The notes below the pieces were generated by a model, which saw only the letters and a list, made by a program, of their open reading frames with translations, ran no database searches and was not told the DNA's origin. 64,000 nt of DNA from Thermoplasmata archaeon (lineage in GTDB: Archaea; Thermoplasmatota; E2; JACPAO01; JAHFTW01). The stretch covers positions 81,741 to 145,740 of the forward strand of contig JAXDQS010000002.1 in NCBI GenBank assembly GCA_034667725.1, read 5' to 3'. Every line of letters begins with the position of its first letter. The first letter of the stretch is position 1. Positions 1 through 7,867 of this stretch are shown in pieces. The translations under genes were made by a program, and so were the position numbers.

Positions 1-14
1 TGGTGACGGTCGGG

Positions 15-533
15 CTAGGGCTCGCCGCCTTCGCCCTGCTGCGCGGCGACGGGGCGTGACATCCACCACGCCACGGCCACAAGGACAAGGGCGGTCGCCA
101 TCAGCCACCATCCGAATCCTGGCATCCCTTCGACGAAGTAGGTGGTGCCCGTGGTCGCCGACAGGCGCTCCTGCAAGCCCCAGAACGGGAACTCCAGCGG
201 CCAAAACAGGCACGACGCCAACGCGACCACCTGGGTGGAGGCCACGGCCAAGAGGTCGCGCCGCCACTTGGCCCACTCGTGCTGCCACGAGGTCGCCGCG
301 ATGCGCACCACCAGGATCGGCAGGCCCAGCACGGCCATCACGAGGGTGAAGCGCACGGCGAGCGCCGCCGCCAGGTCGCCGGGTGTCCACAGGCTCACGG
401 CCCCGAGCGGCTGCTCGCTCTCGGCGTCGCTGAAGGTCAGCACCCACCACGGCAGGAACAGCGCCGTCACTTGGGCAAGGAGGGCCAGCACGGCCACGAA
501 GCCGGCGCGGCGGTGCCGCAGGGGCGCGTCCAC
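15..533 (-). CDS. Hypothetical integral membrane protein (~4 TM, LPWW...GFGWW type)
   Basis: 3' part of ORF 15..938 from GTG 533; hydrophobic segments; starts 5 nt after the upstream gene's stop. Confidence 0.75.
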   Translation of the reverse strand: MDAPLRHRRAGFVAVLALLAQVTALFLPWWVLTFSDAESEQPLGAVSLWTPGDLAAALAVRFTLVMAVLGLPILVVRIAATSWQHEWAKWRRDLLAVASTQVVALASCLFWPLEFPFWGLQERLSATTGTTYFVEGMPGFGWWLMATALVLVAVAWWMSRPVAAQQGEGGEP

Positions 534-537
534 GGGC

Positions 538-858
538 TCAGTCCAGCAGGGCCCGCCAGCGCTTCTGGTGGACCGGGGCGGCGTTGGCGGCGGCCGCGGC
601 GCGCTGCTGCCAGGCCTGCCGGACCATGTCCTGGATGGACGGGTCCACGGTGACCGGCGCGAAGGCGTGCCAGGGGTCCCCGTCGAAGTGCGCCAACGCC
701 ATCGCGAACGTCTGCTCGGAGCGGACCCAGTCGCCGCCCTCGCCGGGGTAGGACACGGACTTGACCGCGCGGTAGCCGTCCGCCAAGTGCAGGACCGCGA
801 TGCGGCTGCCTTCCGTGGCGGCCTCGAAGACGACCCGCCCCGCGGGCTGGTGGCGCAT
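538..858 (-). CDS. Hypothetical protein (106 aa)
   Basis: ATG 858, protein-like composition, TTGAA box ~26 nt upstream. Confidence 0.65.
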   Translation of the reverse strand: MRHQPAGRVVFEAATEGSRIAVLHLADGYRAVKSVSYPGEGGDWVRSEQTFAMALAHFDGDPWHAFAPVTVDPSIQDMVRQAWQQRAAAAANAAPVHQKRWRALLD

Positions 859-980
859 AGGAGGGCACCGTCCAGGGGGTTCAAGCACTTTGGCAGGCGG
901 CCGGCCTCGACAAGCTCCACCGGAACAGCCGCCCACAACCCATATACGGGCCTTTCCTACGCGCGGTTGGCCGGTCCCGT

Positions 981-1724
981 TTGACGACTGCCCCACCTCC
1001 TGCTGCGAGCCGCCCGAAGCCCCCCGTGCTGGAGCCCGTCCAGCGGCTGCCGAGTCGGCGCGTGCCCCAAGACGCCAACGGCGCCGTCGTGCCGCCCCCG
1101 CCCCGCGCCGCCCGCCGCCCGTTCATCAACCTGTGCGGTGACTACCGCTTCCTGCGCGCCGGCTACTGGGCCTTGGTGGACGCCGAGCTCAACGGCGTGG
1201 AGTCGTCGCCGACCCCCATCCAGGCCGCCACCGCCCAGAACGCCGCCGCCTGCCTGCTGGTGGCGCAGAACTCCGGCATCGAGACGGTGAAGTGGACCGT
1301 CGCCCGCAAGCCGCAGGACATCGAGGTCCCGAGCCTGCTGGTCCCGGTCTCCGGCCTCACGGATCGCTGCTACGAAGTCAAGTCGACCCGCAGCCGGGCG
1401 GCCCAGTGGCGCAGCGCGACCCAGAACGGCACCCGCCCCGCCTTGGCCGTCCAGCTGGAAGGCGAGCTGCGGAGCCTGCGCATGATCGTCGGCGTCACGG
1501 CGCACGAGAACTTCCACCTCGCCTGGGACGTCTGGCGCTCGTTCGGCATCCCGCTTGCGGAGATCTGGTACGTCGAGGCCGGCGACCCGGACGGGCCGGA
1601 AGGCTCCCGTCCGCTGTTCTTGGGCATGGACCCGCTGCCGCTGCACGAACTGACCGAGCGCGAGCTGCGCCTCTACGAGGAAGTCGCCCAGCGCCCGATG
1701 GAAGGCCCGTACGGAGGCCACTGA
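981..1724 (+). CDS. RimK-like ATP-grasp N-terminal (RLAN) domain protein
   Basis: INLCGDYRFLRAGYW...AE motif resembles RLAN; upstream of ATP-grasp ligase; start uncertain. Confidence 0.7.
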   Translation: MTTAPPPAASRPKPPVLEPVQRLPSRRVPQDANGAVVPPPPRAARRPFINLCGDYRFLRAGYWALVDAELNGVESSPTPIQAATAQNAAACLLVAQNSGIETVKWTVARKPQDIEVPSLLVPVSGLTDRCYEVKSTRSRAAQWRSATQNGTRPALAVQLEGELRSLRMIVGVTAHENFHLAWDVWRSFGIPLAEIWYVEAGDPDGPEGSRPLFLGMDPLPLHELTERELRLYEEVAQRPMEGPYGGH

Positions 1725-1839
1725 ATGGCCCGCGTCGCCAGCATGCGGGGCTCTGCGCGCCCCGCAAGCATGTCCGGCTGCGCGCGGGGCGCCACGGACC
1801 CAGCGGCACCCGAGGTGCGCTGAATGGCCCGCGTCGCCA
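1721..1839. repeat. 20-bp direct repeat CTGAATGGCCCGCGTCGCCA (1721-1740, 1820-1839) flanking a 79-bp hairpin-containing insert
   Basis: Exact repeat read directly; internal TGCGGGGC...GCCCCGCA inverted repeat. Confidence 0.9.
1725..1823 (+). CDS. Putative 32-aa mini-ORF MARVASMRGSARPASMSGCARGATDPAAPEVR
   Basis: ATG directly after RLAN stop, GGAGG upstream, TGA directly before the ATP-grasp ATG; may be a non-functional by-product of duplication. Confidence 0.3.
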   Translation: MARVASMRGSARPASMSGCARGATDPAAPEVR

Positions 1840-2750
1840 TCGTTTCCGACTCCTCCAGCCGGGACCGCGCCGTCGAGCTGGAGGCCATGGAGACCTACGC
1901 CATCCAGGCGCCGGACCACGGCCACACCGCCGAGATCATCGACATCGACGACTACGCCCGCCTCCCCGAGTTCGACGCCGCCTTCCTGCGGCTCGACACC
2001 TCGGTGCTGGGCTTGCCGTTCGCCATTTCCCGCTACGCCTGGAAGCTGGGCCTGCGCGTCGTGGACGACCCCAAGTCGATGCTGACCTGCATGAACAAGG
2101 CGCACGTCCATGGCCTGCTGGAGCGCGCCGGCATCCCGACGCCCGAGACGGTCCTGCTGACGAAGGCGGGCCGCGAGACGCTGGACGCCGAGGCGCTGTT
2201 CGCCGAGCTGGGGACGCCCATCGTGGTCAAGGCCCCGAGCGGGGCGTTCTCCTCCGCGGTCGAGAAGGCGCATGACGCCAAGGAGCTCAAGACGCTGGTG
2301 CGCCGCTTCAGCTTCCAGTCGGACGTCATCCTGCTGCAACGCTACACCCCGAGCACCTACGACTGGCGCGTCGGCGTGCTGTGCGGCGACCCGATCTATG
2401 CGGCCCGCTACCACATCCCGAAGGGCGGCTGGCGCATCCACGACACCCCCGCCGGCGAGAACCGCAAGCAGTGGGCCAAGATCGAGCCGGTGCCGCTCGG
2501 CAAGGTGCCCTACGCCGTGATGGAGACCGCGCTTGCCGCCTGCCGCCAGGTGGGCCATTCGCTCTACGGCGTGGACCTCAAGCAGAAGGAGGACGGCAGC
2601 GTCGTCGTCATCGAGATCAACGACAACCCGAACATCGACCCGGGTGGCGAGCTGCCGAAGAACTCCCCGGTGTTCGGGCAGATCGTCGACAAGATCGCGC
2701 GCGCAGGGCCGCGGGGCGACCGCGACCACGGCGGCGTCATCAGGGCCTGA
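1824..2750 (+). CDS. RimK-family ATP-grasp ligase
   Basis: NKAHVHGLLERAGIPTPET, PIVVKAP, LLQRY, DWRVGV, YGVDLK, IEINDNP motifs; GAGGTG RBS. Confidence 0.92.
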   Translation: MARVAIVSDSSSRDRAVELEAMETYAIQAPDHGHTAEIIDIDDYARLPEFDAAFLRLDTSVLGLPFAISRYAWKLGLRVVDDPKSMLTCMNKAHVHGLLERAGIPTPETVLLTKAGRETLDAEALFAELGTPIVVKAPSGAFSSAVEKAHDAKELKTLVRRFSFQSDVILLQRYTPSTYDWRVGVLCGDPIYAARYHIPKGGWRIHDTPAGENRKQWAKIEPVPLGKVPYAVMETALAACRQVGHSLYGVDLKQKEDGSVVVIEINDNPNIDPGGELPKNSPVFGQIVDKIARAGPRGDRDHGGVIRA

Positions 2751-2898
2751 GGGCACCACCTCCGTCGTCCCGCTGCAGCGCACGCACTTGGCGCTCGAAC
2801 GCCTCCAGCGCAAGGCGGCCGGGCTGGATGCCGCGCCGGGCCAGGAACTCCAGGGTGCGGTCGTCGGAGCGGAAGACCACCCAGGTGCGCTGCGCCAC
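2740..2898 (-). CDS. Small ribbon-helix-helix/antitoxin-like protein (52 aa)
   Basis: GTG start; VVFRSDDRTLEFLARRGIQPGRLALEAFERQV has a strand-helix-helix pattern. Confidence 0.5.
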   Translation of the reverse strand: MAQRTWVVFRSDDRTLEFLARRGIQPGRLALEAFERQVRALQRDDGGGALRP

Positions 2899-3002
2899 GC
2901 CTTCCGAAGCCTGCCACGGGACTTGGCCGGCCTCGCCCAGGCCAGGGCCTGTCCGCTTGCCGCCACCGGAACCCTGCAAGAGTGGCGCCGGCTGCTTGCG
3001 CC

Positions 3003-3578
3003 ATGGACGGCATCCGCCGCTCGGTCCGCCTCGCGGTCGGCGCCACGCTCCTGCTGGCGTTCGCCCTCGTCGTCGCGATGCTGCCGCGCGGAGCCCCTCC
3101 AACCCCCCTGCCCATCGAGGGCAAGGGCGGCGGGCCGTTCGCGCTTCCCACGGCCGCCGGCGTCACCGAGGCCAGCTGGCAAGGGACGCCCGTCCTGGTG
3201 TTCCTGGTGCCCGCCGAACGGCTGGAAGGCGTCGACCAGCAACGCGGCGCCGGCGAGGCGACCCCGTCGGCGACCGTGCCCGGCCAGCCGGGGCTGCGGC
3301 TGTTCGCGCTGTCGGCCAAGTCCACCTACCTCGGCTGCACCGTCGGCCTGCAAGCCGAGCTCGGCGCCTCCCTCGACATCGAGGACTACGACCTTGACGG
3401 CCTGCGCGACGGGCGCGTGCTCGACCCGTGCCACCACGGCCAATGGGACCCGTACCACCGCGGCGTCCCCGTCGCCGGCCCCGCCCCCGAGCGGCTCGCC
3501 GTGCTCGACGCCTCGGTCCAGGACGGCCGCCTGGTCGCCACCGGCTTCGACGGGCCGGTCGGCCCCGCCCCGCGCTGA
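3003..3578 (+). CDS. Membrane-anchored Rieske-fold protein with degenerate Fe-S boxes
   Basis: N-terminal TM; STYLGC and DPCHHGQWD boxes; GPAPERL Pro-loop. Confidence 0.8.
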   Translation: MDGIRRSVRLAVGATLLLAFALVVAMLPRGAPPTPLPIEGKGGGPFALPTAAGVTEASWQGTPVLVFLVPAERLEGVDQQRGAGEATPSATVPGQPGLRLFALSAKSTYLGCTVGLQAELGASLDIEDYDLDGLRDGRVLDPCHHGQWDPYHRGVPVAGPAPERLAVLDASVQDGRLVATGFDGPVGPAPR

Positions 3579-3626
3579 CCTCCCACGCCGGCAGCTTTTC
3601 CCGCGCCGCTTCCATCGCCGGGTTAC

Positions 3627-4271
3627 ATGAAAGTCGGAATCCTCGGCAGCGGCGACGTCGGACGCATCCTCGGCAACGGCTTCGCGGCCAAAGGCCACGA
3701 CGTGGTCGTCGGCACCCGCGACCCCAAGGGCCCCAAGGCCAAAGAACTGCAAGGCAAGCTCCCGAAGGCCAAGGTCGGCACGTTCGCGGACGCCGCCAAG
3801 CACGGCGAAGTGCTGGTGCTGTGCGTCCACGGCACCGCGGCGGAGCAGGCGGTCGGGCAGGCCGGGCCCCAGAACCTGGCCGGCAAGCTCGTCCTCGACA
3901 CCACCAACCCGCTCGAGTTCGGCCCCAAGGGCGCCCACAAGCCGGCGTCCGTCAAGTCCAGCCTCATCGAGACCGTCCAGCAGAAGGCCCCGCAGGCCAG
4001 GTTCGTCAAGGCCTGGAACTGCACGCCTGGCCCCCAGATGGTGGACCCCAAGTTCAAGGAAGGCACGGGCGACCAGCTCATCTGCGGCGACGACGCCAAG
4101 GCCAAGGAGCAGGCCGCCAAGATTCTGAAGGAGTTCGGCTGGAACACGGTGGACGTCGGCGACGCCAGCATGGGCCCCTACGTGGAGGGGATGGCCATCG
4201 CGGTGATCAACTACGGCGCCAAGACCAACGACTGGGGATGGGGCGTCAAGCTGGTGGGACGGAAGGCCTAG
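3627..4271 (+). CDS. F420-dependent NADP oxidoreductase family dinucleotide-binding protein
   Basis: MKVGILGSGDVG Rossmann motif, LDTTNPL, FVKAWN, ICGDD. Confidence 0.9.
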   Translation: MKVGILGSGDVGRILGNGFAAKGHDVVVGTRDPKGPKAKELQGKLPKAKVGTFADAAKHGEVLVLCVHGTAAEQAVGQAGPQNLAGKLVLDTTNPLEFGPKGAHKPASVKSSLIETVQQKAPQARFVKAWNCTPGPQMVDPKFKEGTGDQLICGDDAKAKEQAAKILKEFGWNTVDVGDASMGPYVEGMAIAVINYGAKTNDWGWGVKLVGRKA

Positions 4272-5119
4272 CGCCGCGCCGGAATCTCCCCGAACCTTCC
4301 CGCCCGGAAGTCCTCGACCGCCTGCACGATCTCGTCGCGCGTCGTCATCACGAACGGCCCGTACTGGAACACCGGCTCCCTGAGGGGCACGCCAGTCACC
4401 AGGATGCCTTCCATCCCTTGCGCGGCGTCGACCCGCAGCTCGGTCCCCTCGGCATCGAGCACCGCCAGCTGGCCTGCCTGCACGGGCGACCCGCCCGCCA
4501 CGCATTGCCCCGCCCAGACGTACAGGAACCCTTCATGCCCCGCCGGGACCGGCAACGTCACGCCGCCGTCCGCCAACTGGACGTGCAGGTACTGGATGGG
4601 GGTGCGGGTGTCGATGGCCGCCTTCTCGCCCATGAACTCGCCCGCCACGATGCGCACCTTGCCGCCCGGGACCACGACGGCCGGGATGCCAGCCGACGGA
4701 ATCTCCTGGTAGCGCGGCGCCATCATCTTGTCCTTCTTCGGCAGGTTGACCCACAGTTGAAGGCCGTGCAGCGTGCCGCCTTTCTCGCGCAGCGCGCCGC
4801 TTGGCATCTCGGAGTGCACGACGCCGCCGCCCGCCGTCATCCACTGGACGTCGCCGGGGCGCAGGAAGCCGGCGTTGCCGTGCGAGTCGCGGTGCTCGAA
4901 CTCTCCCTCCAGCAGCATGGTCACCGTCTCGAAGCCGCGGTGCGGGTGGTCGGGGAAGCCGGCGCGGGCCCCGGGCTCGAACCGGATGGGGCCCATCTCG
5001 TCCAGCAGCAGGAACGGGTCGAGCCGGCCGAGGTGCTGGCCCGGGAACGCGCGCCGGACGACCATGCCGTCGCCTTCGGGAGTGACCTTGGCATCGACGA
5101 CGCGGTCGACCTTGCGCAT
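4268..5119 (-). CDS. Pirin family protein
   Basis: DPFLLLD, GFPDHPHRGFETVT, QWMTAGGGVVHSE, GPFVMTT. Confidence 0.95.
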   Translation of the reverse strand: MRKVDRVVDAKVTPEGDGMVVRRAFPGQHLGRLDPFLLLDEMGPIRFEPGARAGFPDHPHRGFETVTMLLEGEFEHRDSHGNAGFLRPGDVQWMTAGGGVVHSEMPSGALREKGGTLHGLQLWVNLPKKDKMMAPRYQEIPSAGIPAVVVPGGKVRIVAGEFMGEKAAIDTRTPIQYLHVQLADGGVTLPVPAGHEGFLYVWAGQCVAGGSPVQAGQLAVLDAEGTELRVDAAQGMEGILVTGVPLREPVFQYGPFVMTTRDEIVQAVEDFRAGRFGEIPARR

Positions 5120-5166
5120 GCCCAGGCCACCGCAGGCGGCGTCATATCCGTGCTGGCGCGGGCAGG

Positions 5167-6102
5167 TCAGTGGCCGCGCCGCGGCTTCGGGATGACCGCC
5201 GTCGGGCTGGCGCTCGGCGGCCACAGCCGCGCCAGGTCCGCGTCCGGCTCCTGGAGGCTGCACGAGCCGACGGCGAACGGGATGCCGGCCTTGACGGCGC
5301 GCAGCTGGGCAAGGTCCATCCTGTAGGTGCGCCAGGCGATGCCGTTGGTGAAGTCGTAGGCGTTGGGCTTGTTCTCGCGCAGCATCTCGCGGATGGCGGC
5401 GCGGCCGAAGGCGGCGCCGTGGACCTGGCGCAGGCGGAGGGCTGCCGCCGCGTTGACGAAGCCGTGGCGGTTCTTGTGGCGGGGCTCGAGGATGGGGTGG
5501 TGCAGGCCTTGCGTGACCTTGAACGGGATGCGCAGGTGGGCGACGTCCTGGATCAGCGTCGCAAGCAGCTGCTTGGTGACGGCCTGCTCGCCGGCGCCGC
5601 GGACCTTGAGCCCGACGCCGTGCCCAGTGGCCTTGGCTTGGTTCAGGAACGCCAGCGCGTCGTCGCGTTGCTTGAGCCAGTGCTTGGGGATCCAGGTGGG
5701 CTCGACGTAGAGCTGGATGCCGGACAGGGCCTTGGCGGCGGCCAAGAGCGGCGCGGCCGGGATGGTCTCGGCGTGGGTCTCGAGCGTGACGACGCGGGCA
5801 TGGTCGCGGGCCTGGTTGAAGCCGTGGACCTCGCGGGCGGCCTCCTCCACCTTCTCGGCCGAGACGCCGACGACGCAGACGGTGCAAATGCGGTCGCCGA
5901 AGCCGGCCTCGACGACAGCCTGGTCGGTGATGTGGTGGAGTTGCGGGTAGGGCACCACCATCGCGTTGCCGACGATGCCAGGGCGGATGAGGTCGGACGA
6001 GCGCGCGGACTCGCGCAGCGCGGCGCGCAGGTCGAGCTGGGCGGGCGGGAACATGCCGGCGTAGTCGAACAGGCCCTCGACGAGATGCTCCAGGCCGTTC
6101 AT
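5167..6102 (-). CDS. Conserved uncharacterised protein (DYAGxFPPA family)
   Basis: LFDYAGMFPPA, GLKVRG, PFKVTQGLHHP, HGFVN, GSCSLQEP; overlaps FAH stop (ATGA). Confidence 0.85.
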   Translation of the reverse strand: MNGLEHLVEGLFDYAGMFPPAQLDLRAALRESARSSDLIRPGIVGNAMVVPYPQLHHITDQAVVEAGFGDRICTVCVVGVSAEKVEEAAREVHGFNQARDHARVVTLETHAETIPAAPLLAAAKALSGIQLYVEPTWIPKHWLKQRDDALAFLNQAKATGHGVGLKVRGAGEQAVTKQLLATLIQDVAHLRIPFKVTQGLHHPILEPRHKNRHGFVNAAAALRLRQVHGAAFGRAAIREMLRENKPNAYDFTNGIAWRTYRMDLAQLRAVKAGIPFAVGSCSLQEPDADLARLWPPSASPTAVIPKPRRGH

Positions 6103-7076
6103 GCGGGCACGACCTTCTGGTCGATGGCGCCAAAGACGCTGTGGTTGCCGGCAAGCACCTCGATGCGGACGCGGTCGCCGAACTTCAAGAACGGCGTCGC
6201 AGGCTTGCCGGCCTTGAGGGTCTCCAAGGTGCGGACCTCGGCCAGGCAGCCGCAGCCGCGGGCCTCGTCCTCGTTGGAGACTGTGCCGGCGCCGAGGAGG
6301 GTGCCGGCGGGCAGCGGCCGGGTGCGGGCGGCGTGCTCCACGAGCTGGGGGAACGAGAACAGCATCTCGCCGCAGTCGGGGGTGCCGATGCTCCTGCCAT
6401 TCACCGACACGTGAATCGGAAGGTGGAGGCGGCCGTCGCGCCACGCAGGGCCCAGTTCGTCCGGCGTCACCGCGTACGGCCCCAGGCTGCTCGGCGGCTT
6501 GCCCTGGAAGAACCCGAAGCCGGCGGCCAGCTCGCGCGGGATCAGGTTGCGCAGGCTGACGTCGTTCATCACGACCAGGAGCTTCACGTGGGCCAGCGCG
6601 TCGGCGGCCTTGGTGCCCATGGGGACGTCGTCGAGCAGCACCGCGACCTCGGCCTCCAGGTCGATGCCGTGCTCCTCCGACGCGGCCGCGACGTCCTGGG
6701 TCGGGCCCAGGAGCGGGTCGCCGACCCCTTGGTACATCAGCGGCACCGTCCGCAGGTCCGCCGGCGGCTCGGCGCCCCGCGCCCGCCGCACCAGGACGAT
6801 GTGCTGGACGAAGGCGGAGCCGTCCAGCCAGCTCGTGGTGCGCGGCAGCGGCGCGAGGAACGTGGCGCCCGCGAGGGGGCGCGACTCCGGCCAGCGGCCT
6901 TCCTTGAGCTGGCGCTCGACGCGGCGCAGCTCGGGCTCGGCGGCCCGCCAGTCCTGGAGCGCGCCCCACAGGCTGGGGGCGATGCTGCGCGGCACTAGGC
7001 CGAGCCTGCCGCCGGCCTCGTCCACCACCACGAGGCGCCCGTCGCGGGAGCCGTCGGGGAGGGTGGCGAGCTTCAC
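6099..7076 (-). CDS. Fumarylacetoacetate hydrolase family protein
   Basis: KLATLPDGSRDGRLVVV, PLMYQG, IDLEAEV, NDVSLRNLIP, GAGTVSN. Confidence 0.93.
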   Translation of the reverse strand: MKLATLPDGSRDGRLVVVDEAGGRLGLVPRSIAPSLWGALQDWRAAEPELRRVERQLKEGRWPESRPLAGATFLAPLPRTTSWLDGSAFVQHIVLVRRARGAEPPADLRTVPLMYQGVGDPLLGPTQDVAAASEEHGIDLEAEVAVLLDDVPMGTKAADALAHVKLLVVMNDVSLRNLIPRELAAGFGFFQGKPPSSLGPYAVTPDELGPAWRDGRLHLPIHVSVNGRSIGTPDCGEMLFSFPQLVEHAARTRPLPAGTLLGAGTVSNEDEARGCGCLAEVRTLETLKAGKPATPFLKFGDRVRIEVLAGNHSVFGAIDQKVVPA

Positions 7077-7148
7077 GCCCGGCACGAGCGGGCGGCTCCA
7101 GATAATGGCGTCGTCAGGCGATCGGGGAGCACGAACCGGCGACGGCCT

Positions 7149-7247
7149 TCACTTCCGCCACCGCCGCAGGTTCATGGCGCCCCAGATGGCGATGGCCACG
7201 AGGGCCAGCAAGAGGACGGCGTAGAGCAGGTCGCCGCCGTCGTCCAC
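7149..7247 (-). CDS. Small single-TM protein (MDDGGDLLYAVLLLALVAIAIWGAMNLRRWRK)
   Basis: GTG..TGA, 32 aa, clean hydrophobic helix plus basic tail, host-like codons; not in the ORF track. Confidence 0.55.
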   Translation of the reverse strand: MDDGGDLLYAVLLLALVAIAIWGAMNLRRWRK

Positions 7248-7333
7248 GGCTTGGCACCCGGCCGGCGGCCATCAGGCTTGTCGTGCCGTCCCGGAAGGCT
7301 TGTGGCAGGCGGGCCCTTCGGCGGGATGTGCCC

Positions 7334-7867
7334 ATGGAGATCCGCCCGGCCTTCGCCCACGTCAAGGTCGGCCGGTCCCGCCTCCATGGGCGCGGGCTGT
7401 TTGCCGCCCGGGACTTCCGCAAGGGCGACCGCGTCATGGAGTACGGCGGCGAGAAGGTCGGCAAGCGCGAGGGCACCGTGCGCACCGAGGCCCAGTGGAA
7501 GAAGGGCCGCGTCTACACCTTCGAGCTCAACAAGCGCTGGGACATCGACGGCAGCCCCAAGTGGAACGTCGCCCGCCTGGCCAACTACTCCTGCGACCCT
7601 AACTGCGAGTCCGAGAACGACCACGGCCGCCGCATCTGGATCGTCGCCAAGCGCCCGATCAAGGAAGGCGACGAGATCACCTACGACTACAACTTCAGCT
7701 TCGTCGACCCGCCGCCGGTGTGCCAGTGCGGCTCGCCCAAGTGCCGGGGCTACATCGTCGGCGAGGCCTACCTCAAGGACTTGCGCGCCTGGCTGAAGCG
7801 GAAGGGGCTGCCAGGCGGGCCTGGGCTCAAGCGCAGGCGGGCCGCCAAGACGGCGGGGGCGGCTTGA
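7334..7867 (+). CDS. SET-domain protein-lysine methyltransferase with post-SET
   Basis: [41 protein letters not shown]. Confidence 0.93.
   Translation: MEIRPAFAHVKVGRSRLHGRGLFAARDFRKGDRVMEYGGEKVGKREGTVRTEAQWKKGRVYTFELNKRWDIDGSPKWNVARLANYSCDPNCESENDHGRRIWIVAKRPIKEGDEITYDYNFSFVDPPPVCQCGSPKCRGYIVGEAYLKDLRAWLKRKGLPGGPGLKRRRAAKTAGAA

Noticed and set aside
1722-1823. Selenocysteine recoding of the in-frame TGA codons
   Set aside because: Each TGA is directly followed by an ATG with its own RBS, no Cys-equivalent position is expected, and no SECIS or Sec machinery is seen in the window.
957-4505. 1182-aa minus-strand ORF and similar long ORFs (e.g. 19309-22170, 40365-43703, 53047-55602)
   Set aside because: Shadow or alternative frames of real genes in high-GC DNA; Arg/Gly/Ala-rich with no motifs.
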